NCBI RefSeq assembly: GCF_021028975.2
Contig: NC_059439.1
Location: forward strand, 30,504,001-30,568,000
Source of the DNA: Sphaerodactylus townsendi
Taxonomy: Eukaryota
DNA length: 64,000 nt
Direction: 5' to 3'
The position numbers were made by a program, and so were the translations under genes. Positions 48,961-64,000 of the stretch are shown here, in pieces. The number at the start of each line of letters is the position of its first letter. Within the stretch, counting starts at the first letter, position 1. The notes below the pieces were generated by a model. The model was not told where the DNA came from. It searched no databases and worked only from the letters and a program-made list of their open reading frames with translations.

Positions 48961-51025
48961 CACAACGGTTGTGGAGGAAGAATGGCCGGCAGCTTATTAG
49001 CATGGCGTGCAGAATTGTTCTGTAATTAACTGCATTAACAGGCACCCCATTAATTCACGGTTTCTCTCCATGGATGGGGAGAGGGCAGAAGTCTCCGTAC
49101 AAATTTATTCAAGTTGGCCGCAGGGAGAAATGCATCTCTATTTAATTAAAGCATCATCATAAATAATGGGCAAATCCTTTGGCGAATTTCACTTTTTAAG
49201 AGCACCTTTGCTTCATGCATGTCCTTGAAAGTTAAACTGCTGCTTAATTTGCCTTTTTGTCCCCTCCCAAATTAACATTAACTCTTTGTTTTCATTTGGA
49301 AAGGACTGTTGTTGTTTTTTAAAAAAGATTCCTTTGTTAGATCTTTGGCATTTCTTTCTAAGGCAATATGTGTGACTGGACCTGGCTTTTGTCTAGCTCC
49401 TTAAAAATGTACTTGTGTATAATATTTCTTTATGTATTGTACTAGGCTACTGTATGCACATGCTAACAATTGCTAGAAATGTTTTAAACAAAAGGTTTTT
49501 TAGCTGACATGATACAAGTTCCAATGTGTAAACCACTTTAGTTTAGTTCCTCACCAAGTACTTCAGATTTGCTTCATTCTCTGTTAGCAATGTATCATGA
49601 CAGCTAATCGAATGCAACAAATGTTATTCTCCACACTGATAGCCAAAAAACCCGATCAGAACTTAATCAGTAATTATACCTTTTTTTTGCCATCAAGTCA
49701 CATGGATTTCGGATGCCTTCTAGTAGGGTTTTCAAGGCAAGAGATGTTCACAGGTCAGGACTGCATATACCTCTTCACACAGTCTAATTCTTCATTTGCC
49801 ATTCAGTAGTTTTTGTATATATATAAACTATTGAATGGCTAATGAAGAATTAGAATTAAATGAAGAATTATATACATGATATCTTGTTTAATACTTATTC
49901 ACATGTTACCCAAAGAAGTACTAATCAATTATTCTTAGTGCACTTTCTTGCAAGATAAGTCTGCAGAGCCCTAAAATGTGTAGCACAGAGAAACATACCC
50001 AAGCCCTCTAGTTTCATGAATATACTGATAGATTGAAATTAAACTGTTGGTGTAAAAATGAACATGCAGTCTACTCAGCTGGTGAATTAATCCCAAGAAC
50101 TGTTTATATATTAGTGTACTAGCATATCTAAATGCTCACTTATTATTTAGGCCAGGGGGATCCAACTCTGGCCCTCCAGATGTTCATGGACTACTATTCC
50201 CATCAGCCCCTGCCAGCATGGCCCAAGGCTGGTGGGAATTGCATTCCATGAACATGTGGAGAGCCAGAGTTGGACACCCTGATTTAGGCATTTAATTTTG
50301 ATGTGCTGTTGAACTAATATGTTAAAAGAATACTCAAGAAAGGTACCTCCACCTGAGTCTTTTTTTGTGGAACAGCAGCCCTGTTAGACACACCCCTATA
50401 CTGCTTATGTTATTTAAAAAAAATGTTCTTATATATATACATTTGTTTAATCTCATCTTTTTTCTAGGGGGGGTCAGGATGGCATAGACAGTCTCCCCCT
50501 TAAATCTTATCCTCTCAACAACCTATGAACTTGATAAGGCTGTGAAATAGCACTTGGCACAGGGGTCTCTGCAACCTGCGGCTCTCCAGATATTAATGGA
50601 CTACAATTCCCATCAGCCCCTGCCAGCATGGCCAATTGGCCATGCCAGCAGGGACTGATGGGAATTGTATTCCATTAATATCTGGAGAGCCGCAGGTTGC
50701 AGACCCCACTTGGCCCAACTGAGCTGCATGGCTGAGTGCGGGTTTTGCATTCAGCCTTAAAACCTGGTCTAAGCCCAAAACGCATTCTCCATCACCAAGG
50801 GGATCGTTTCATGGCCTCAGTCGTTTCTTGTCTAATTAATTAATAATTGCAGTTTGGGGATTTGGTCATTTAGCTGTTATTAAGGCAGAATTCTGCAGAT
50901 GATGAGGTTTCAATTGCATCTTAATTAGTTCCTTAGGGAAAAAGCTCAACACGACACCCCCTCCATAGAGACAGATGCACAGGACGGCCCTGATGTAACT
51001 GATCCCCTCTGCCGTACTTGTTAAG

Positions 51026-51783
51026 ATGACTCTGGAACTGGTAGGTTGTTTGGTTGAGAGCTAATATAAGAAAATTAATTCATGGCTGATTTCAGCATCA
51101 TTAAAAGGTTTTAATATTGCTCTTTTTGAAGCAAGTTAGTTTTTGGCCAACAGCGGATTGTGGGGAGGGGCACTAGGACTCAGGAAAAAACACCTCAGAA
51201 TAGCGGTAGCATCCAAAACTTCTGACACAATGAGTTTAACTATTTTTGTAATCATCAGTAAACTGTATTTTAAAAATTAAGGGTTTAAAAAACACGCCCA
51301 AATCTCACCATATTATGCCAAATTCTAGCCAGGAAGTTTTCAGAGGGTTTTAAAATATAGCATGAAACTTATAGCTTGTCCCCAGTATCAGATTCTTCTT
51401 GGAACTTTCTTTCATTCACGGAGGTTCCAGTAATCTGACTGTAATAAAAGATTAAATCAATAACTAGGAAGTTGGACAGCCTTGACTGGATGTGATATGT
51501 CATGGATACTGCATTAACTTACCCTTAGAGGATGAGGCTACTGTGTTGATAGTAGGATAAAGGCTACTATAGAGGATAGTAGGGGGCTACTGTTTTGATA
51601 GAGGGCTAGTAGGACTGTGACCTGCTGAATCTCTTCATTTTTTTTTACCCCTACCCCTCTGTAGATAAACAGTTTGTTCATCCTGGGTTTAGTCAGCTAT
51701 CCTTGTGCTTTCTGGACGCTACGTTTGCTTCTGCTTCACGTGGTGGAGATGGAAGAGCTCAAAGCAGTCTATGTATCTGCCAG
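51026..51783 (+). CDS. TLCD3B: Alternative N-terminal coding exons of TLCD3B
   Basis: Exon 51665-51783 (INSLFILGLVSYPCAFWTLRLLLLHVVEMEELKAVYVSAR) parallels the main first exon and ends in the same phase (GCC AG|GTGAG). The upstream ATG ACT CTG GAA CTG|GTAGGT at 51026-51040 supplies an in-phase start. Confidence 0.65.
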
Positions 51784-52918
51784 GTGAGAGGCATCCTGGA
51801 CACCTGGTTTTCCAGTGAGGACATCATCATAAATCATCTGTGACTTGACAACCTGGGCAGAGAGGCCCAATGGGTTTAAAGGAGCACTTCAACATTGGGG
51901 CAGCCAGCGCGTTGCAGTTTTTACACTACGCCACAAGGTGTCGCTGCTGCTTCAGTTTCTAGCCTCTTTCGCACCCCACCTATCAAAGGTCGCATCAGGG
52001 TCACCTGCTCAGCAGGTGGAGCTTTATTGGAGGATTAGCCCTAATACCCTGGGGATGGAAGGGGTTAACTGTCCCTCCTCTCTCTCTCTCTCCCCCCCCC
52101 CTGCCCCACACACTTGATCAGACCTCTTCCTTCCCAGCGCAACGCTGGCTTGATCCTCGCAAATGAGGCTCAGATTATGGGATTAGCCAAATCATCCGGC
52201 CGAGCAAAAGGGGGGGTTCAGATTGGGGGAAAGGATGCCCGGGCATTGAGAGAGTTAAATTCTGCTCCTGGTTAGAAGGCTGCGGACCGGGTGAGAGAGA
52301 TGCCCCCCCATCTGATTCCCATTTAAACCAGGCAAAAGCCACACGTCAGAGAAACTCCCTGCAAAGGGTGGGGTTGTTGGGGGGTTTTTTTGTTGTTGTT
52401 GCAACAGCCGGGATGGCTGGATTCTGCCACTGTCCCAAAGCCTGAGCCGAGCTCCCATCCGCTCCAATTCGCCCTCCCGAAGCGAGCCCCCTTCCGACTT
52501 CCTTGCCCGCCGCCCTCCCTCCCCCTCGCCGTCTCTCCCTCCCCCACAATGCATTTCAACCCTAACCCACAGCCCCCTCGCTGTGCTGTGTCCTCGGCTT
52601 TTACTACTCTCCCAGCTGGTCCAGCCTCCTTCGCCAGTCCCTCTGCACACCACAGGCCACTGTCTCTTTAAGTTCCTCCCGCACTGTGTGCTGACAGCTG
52701 CTCCCCCGCTCCCCCCTCCCTCCCTCCCCTGGCTCTGTCTGTCTCTCTGACTGTCACAGCAGCTCTGCTTGGGACCAACCTGCCACGCCACCATCCCCCC
52801 CCTTCCCTCTCCATCCCCCCCTCCACCCCCTTGGATACCATGAGCCTTCCCCGAGGGTAGCCCCGCTGACCCTCCCCATCTACGCTGCCCTCCCCCCATC
52901 CCCGCAGCCCGAAGCGAG

Positions 52919-58665
<5,747 letters not shown>

Positions 58666-61000
58666 TCACTTCCCCTCCCCCCCCACCCTCGGCTACAGAT
58701 GGACAGACATGTTTTTTCCTCTAACTTATTTATTTATTGGGGGTGCAGGGAGGGGCTGGAGTGTTGGGGGAACGGGGGGGCTCCGAGGCCAAAGGGGATT
58801 TTGGAAGGGGGCTGGGACCGAGTCTTCAGAGGGCCACACCGACACAGACTGAAGTTTCCGTGCTTTCTTATGGGATTCTCTTGCCAAAGGCAACCCTCTT
58901 AATTGTAAGCAGTTGAGAAGTTTCTTGGGGGTGGGGTGGGGGTGGGGTCGAGGTTAAGGTCCTGAGCCAAAGGAGAATGCTTGGCATCTCTCTCGCAGGG
59001 AGACTTTCAGGCCAGGAGGGTTTTTCGAAAGGCCAAGAACAGGGTACAGTCGAAGTGTCTTTGGGGCTCTGGGGGTGTGTGGAGGGTTCTGCCAAGCCAA
59101 ACAAACACAACTCCCTGCCCCCCCGCAGTGTTTATTTGGAATATTCCCAGATTTTTTTGCAGCATTACCCATAAAGCCAGCCCCCCCCCGGGTTGATCTG
59201 CGTAAAGGCAAGAAGAAATACGACTCCAGTCATTTGCTTGAGGAGATGCTAGTAATACAGTGGAGGCTGATAGACAGAAGGGGATCTTTCTCTGTGATTA
59301 ACCATAGACTCACAGGATTCCCCCTCAGTATTATTATTATTATTCAAGGTGCTTAGGAATTTTCATAGGATGCCCAATAAGGAAAAAAATAAAATAAAAC
59401 CCAAGTATTTTGGGTGCTGCTTAAATAGGAAGTTATCTTCAGTATTACCGGGGCGCCGCCCACTAGGAACATCCTAAACTGCATACCCTTGCAACAGGAA
59501 GGTGACCAGCAGGCTGCTTCCTCACCACCGTCGGGCCCCCAACTAGCAATAACCAAGTAGGGGAGCATCTGCCCCCTTGCCACCTTCTCCTCAGTTCAGC
59601 GCACAACCCCCCCCCCTTTACTCCTCCCTCCTAGAAATCCCCACTCCACCGGGCAGGGAATCCGGCTGTAAATAGGGGGTGGGTGAGGTGTATTTATAAC
59701 CTGAAGTCTGCAAAGTATTAAAGGAGCCTTTATCTAATGCCAGCGGACGGCCACATGTGTGTGTTTTATTGGCCTCTCCCCCACTGAAGAAGAAGAAGAA
59801 GGAGAAGAAGAGTTTGGATTTATATCCCCCCTTTCTCTCCTGTAAGGGGCTGACAATCTCCTTCCCTCCTCCCCCCCACAGCAAACACCCTGTGAGGCAG
59901 GCGGGGCTGAGAGAGCTCCGAAGAACTGCAACTAGCCCCAGGTCACCCAGCTGGCGTGTGTTGGAGTGCACAAGCTAATTTAGTTCGCCAGATAAGCCTC
60001 TGCCACTCAGGCGGAGGAGTGGGGAATCAAACCAGATTAGAGTGCACCTGCTCTTCACCACGACACCACACTGAGCCTTCTGCACAACCAGGGTCGGCAT
60101 CAGCACCCTCGAGGCGGGACACTTGCCACGTCCCAGGGCTTCTGGAAGGGCCTGCTGCTCTTGACTCTTTCCCTGCTCCCATGCTGGCTAGTGCCATGGT
60201 GGCGAACCTATGGCACTCCAGATGTTCATGGACTACAATTCCCATCAGCCCCTGCCAGCATAGCCAATTGGCCATGGTGGCAGGGGCTGATGGGAATTGT
60301 AGTTCATGAACATCTGGAGTGCCATAGGTTCGCCACCACTGGGCTAGTGCATCACCCTGCACCAGCTACATGCACTGCCTAGTGTCGGGCTCCAAAAGCC
60401 AGTGAGACTGGTCAGTGGGGAGAGCTCACCGGCATGGCGGGGAAGAACAGACAGGCAGGTGATTGGGGAGGTGGGCAGGAGGGAAGAAGGGCACATTTGG
60501 GGATAGGGGAGGGGGCTCTGGGGACTCTCTGCCTGGGGCTCCTCATTGCTTGCCTCCTTGTGCAAAACGCCCGGCACGCTGGTCTGGTGGCAGAAAGTTC
60601 CGTCCGTTCACAGCTGACCAGTGGGGGCCCTGCAGGTTTTCAAAGCAAAAGATGTTCAGCTGTGATCTGCCATTCCTTGCCTCCATGTGGACGGAGAGAG
60701 TTCTGAGAAGAGTAGGACTGGCTGGAGGCCACCCCAGCAGGCTTCATGTAAAGGAGTGAGGGATTGAACCTTGTTCTCCAGATTAGCGTTCGCCTCTCTT
60801 CACCGCCACGCCACGCCGGCTCTCTTTGTGGCCCTGCCCACCATTAAAACACATGAGCTTCCCCCCGACCCATCTTCCTCCATCCCAAACCTCCTGACTT
60901 TCCTCTGATCGCACGTCTCGCCAACCATATTTTATTGTACAGAAGAGATCCCGGAAGGAGGCGAAAGGTCGGCCGTGGAGCAAAGTCTTCCAAAGCCTGT

Positions 61001-62511
61001 TCACACAGTCCCTTTTTTGCCAACCCTAAAAGAAGATAAATCAATTGGGGAGGGATGGAAAGGAGCCGTCACCTCCAAAGGCAGGGGGGTGGGACACACG
61101 TGCAGCACAACACATACGCTTTGGTGCAGATCTGGTAGAGGAAGAACAGAAGGATGAGGAGGACGGAGCCGACCAGGACAAAACGCAACTGCTGAGGGAA
61201 GGTACCTGCAGGGGACAGTGGAGGTGCAGGGCAGGTGGGTTACGGGAGCTCCTTTTCCGTAAGATGGCTCCCCCCTGCAAAGCTCCACGTTAGGTTGGAG
61301 GAAGGCGAAGAAGAGTTTGGATTTATACCCCACCTTCCTCTCCTGTAAGGAGACTCAAGGTGGCTTACAAGCTCCCTTCCCTTCCTCTCCGCACAACAGA
61401 CACCTTGTGAGGTCGGTGGGGCTGAGAGAGTCCTGAAGAACTGTGACTAGCCCAGGGGTAGGGAACCTGCGGCTCTCCAGATGTTCAGGAACTACAATTC
61501 CCATCAGCCCCTGTCAGCATGGCCAATTGGCTAGCCCAAGGTCACCCAGCAGGAATGCAGGAGTGTGGAAACACATCTGGTTCACCAGATAAGCCTCAGG
61601 TGGAGGAGTGGGGAATCAAACCCAGTTCTCCAGACTAGAATCCACCTGCTCTTAACCCCTACGCCACACTGGCTCATTAGGTGTATTTATAACCTGAAGG
61701 AGCAGGGCACTAGAGCTTAACTATGGTAGGGACAGTGTCTCACTTGGGGCAACGAACACCGGCTCTTCTCCAATAAGGTTGTAAACAGCAAGGATCTTCT
61801 CCTTATCGGAATCTGGATAATCAAACCAGAGCGACGGATGGGACGAAGAGGGCTTTATTTCCTTGACACGTCTGGGTTCTTCGAGCGCTGTAGACCCAAC
61901 AAGCCAGAAATCCTTCATCAGGGAGAGTTCAGGGGTGTAAGGGATTAATTCCTTAATGAAAACATGTAATTTGTTCTTTCAAGGCAATTCCCTATTCATA
62001 GGGCTTTCCCAAGAAATGCATAGTAGGATTCTTCTCAGCAGTTATCTCTTTATGACCATTCCTAAAAGTTCTGATTTAGGTAACTTCCAACACAAACGCA
62101 TTGTTCAGTCCAACTTGGATCCTACTGGGACTCTCCCCACTGCTTCCCTGCTGCCACCAGCTTTACGAATCTGTCGGGCTCTTTGAAAAATACAATTTTC
62201 AGGATACTCTGGTTGGAAGCCATGCCAGTTAACGCAATATACAGCCAAAGATGCTCAGGACGAAGTGATATTGTAACAAAACACTGTAGACCCAAACAAA
62301 ATCTCCCGCATAACCACTCAGTTTTGCAGCAGGGGATGCAGCAGGGGTGACATTTTGGGATGATGTGCCAAATGCAGAGAGCATGGGTGGTATAGGAAGA
62401 CTTGTGCTCACCTGTCATATGTGGGGGGTCAGTTGGGGTCAGGGCCACCCTGGTGAAATGTGTAAGAAAGGATAGCAGGTGGAGTAGTAGAAGTTTCCCT
62501 TGTCTCCACAT
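61001..62511 (-). CDS. FIMP1: Fertilization-influencing membrane protein (FIMP, C16orf92 ortholog), 118 aa
   Basis: Exons 62511-62412 (signal peptide MWRQGKLLLLHLLSFL...), 61887-61744 (WFDYPDSDKEKILAVYNLIGEEPVF), 61205-61118 (TM: FVLVGSVLLILLFFLYQICT) and 61025-61001 (VGKKGTV*), with compatible phases. AATAAA at 60931-60936. The FDYPDSD motif and the convergent position next to TLCD3B match C16orf92. Confidence 0.9.
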
Positions 62512-62946
62512 CGTTGCTGACTTGGCCTCGCCTACATTCTGTGACCTCACAATGCATGCCCTTTCCTTTCTACCCCAGTTTTTTTCTCTTTTCCAAAACA
62601 AAACTATCACGTTCCCGGAAAAAGAGCCCACCCTGCCTATTGCAGTCAAAAAGACAAGGCGAGTGATTGTGTGACACAGAAGACTTTATTGTCAGCCATC
62701 TTCTTTTTCCTCCTTGTAACTTTAAGCAAGCAGCACTGGAAAGGAAAACAACATGATTGCCATCAGACAGAAGGAAACAAAAATATCATGGCTGAAAGTG
62801 AAGGCACGTTCAAGGGCAGCCCAAAAGTGAAGGCATCTTCAAGGGCAGCCCAACAGAAAAGGAAGACTTGCCCTCTAGCCCCACTGCTCTCTAAGGCACT
62901 TAGAAGCCTGGCGGGGAGAGAGAGAGGTATGTATTTCCACCACCAA

Positions 62947-63069
62947 TCAGGTTGTAGAAGGCTTAGGAAGAATCCCCAGCAGTCCTCCTGCAGCTGTGAA
63001 AAGGTTGATCGGGGAGGTGCCGTCTGTGATGAGTGTGGATTGGATACCCAAGCCTTGGAGCAGTTTTGC
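62947..63069 (-). CDS. MVP: Major vault protein, last coding exon (the rest of the gene is beyond the window)
   Basis: A strong polypyrimidine/AG acceptor at 63070-63071 is followed by [40 protein letters not shown], matching the recalled MVP C-terminal motif [29 protein letters not shown] at 62685-62690. This ORF is not in the supplied ORF track. Confidence 0.85.
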   Translation of the reverse strand, partial: AKLLQGLGIQSTLITDGTSPINLFTAAGGLLGILPKPSTT

Positions 63070-63439
63070 CTGGGGGAAAAGGGAAAGTGAAAGTCAGTCA
63101 TCGCGTCTGGCAACATGTCATACTCTAGAGCCAGCATGGTGTAGTGGTTAGGTATTGGACTAGAATCTTGGGAAACTCAGGTTCGAATCCCCCACTCTGC
63201 CATGGGAACTTGCTGGGTGGTCTTGGACCAGTCCCACACAGTCTTGACACTGGCAAATATTTGGATGGGAGACCTCCAAGGAATCGTGAGGTCGTGATGC
63301 AGAGGCAGGTTATGGCAAACGTCCTCTGCACTTCTTCCTTGGAAAGGGGTCAACGTAAGTCAGATGTGTCTTGACATCTGTTTACACACACATAGTCGTC
63401 AGATTGCCCCTCCCTTTACTCCTCTGCCATGACTGCAAT

Positions 63440-63905
63440 TTAAGAAGGAGATTGACAAGCTGGGACATGTCCAGAGGAGGGCAACCAAAATGGTAAAAGG
63501 CCTGGAATCCATGCCCTACGAGGAGAGACTTAGAGAGCTGGGGATGTTTAGTCTGGAGAAGCGATGGTTAGGAGGGGACGTGATAGCTATGTTGAAATAT
63601 TTGAAGGGATGCCATGTCGAAGAGGGAGCAAGCTTGTTTTCTGCTGCTCCAGAGACTAGGACCAGGAGAGTTCAAGGTGAAGGAAAAGAAATTCCACCTA
63701 AACATCAGGAAAAACTTTCTGACTGCCAGGGCTGTTAGACAGTGGAATTCACTGCCTCAGAAAGTGGTGGAGTCTCCTCCTTTGGAGGTTTTTAAGCAGA
63801 GGCTGGATGAAAATATTTTGGGAGTGCTTTGATTGTGTGTTCCTGCATGGCAGGTGGATTGGACTTGATGGCCCTTGTGGTCTCTTCAAACTCTATGATT
63901 CTGTG
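63440..63905 (+). mobile_element. CR1 LINE 3' fragment, second family; further pieces at ~57845-58087 (+), ~11128-11160, ~11340-11610 and ~12016-12075 (-)
   Basis: [25 protein letters not shown]...[14 protein letters not shown]2 end and a ctctatgattct tail. Confidence 0.85.
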
Positions 63906-64000
63906 ACCCTCTGGAAAAAAAAAATCCACCTCCTTGTTTCACAGACCTTCCCTCCTTCCATTTCTCACCTGCATCTCTGGCCCGGCCACAGCAATGTCCC

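Noticed and set aside
62763-63137. 124-aa minus-strand ORF
   Set aside because: Wrong frame. The real coding frame after the 63070 acceptor is the MVP C-terminus.

Overview
Vertebrate genomic DNA, not prokaryotic. The repeat landscape (tRNA-head Squam3-like SINEs, CR1 LINEs, hAT and Harbinger MITEs) points to a squamate reptile, probably a gecko. The window is syntenic with human 16p11.2. Gene order, with exons traced by hand through GT-AG junctions: TBX6 (+, last 4 coding exons), PPP4C (-, complete, 307 aa), ALDOA (-, 8 coding exons, one peppered with small insertions), a compact third CRK/CRKL-family SH2-SH3-SH3 adaptor (-, 246 aa) that I do not know from the human locus, an uncharacterised single-pass membrane protein with a very Cys-rich tail ending CFEIKLR (-, about 144-148 aa), TLCD3B/FAM57B (+, 284 aa, plus an alternative N-terminus), FIMP1/C16orf92 (-, 118 aa), and the last exon of MVP (-). 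The most interesting items are the CRK-like paralog, the Cys-rich membrane microprotein, the corrupted ALDOA exon (probably an assembly error), the MVP-FIMP adjacency, and MITEs that carry ZNF143/THAP11-type motifs. All homology calls are from recall of the human proteins; no database search was run.
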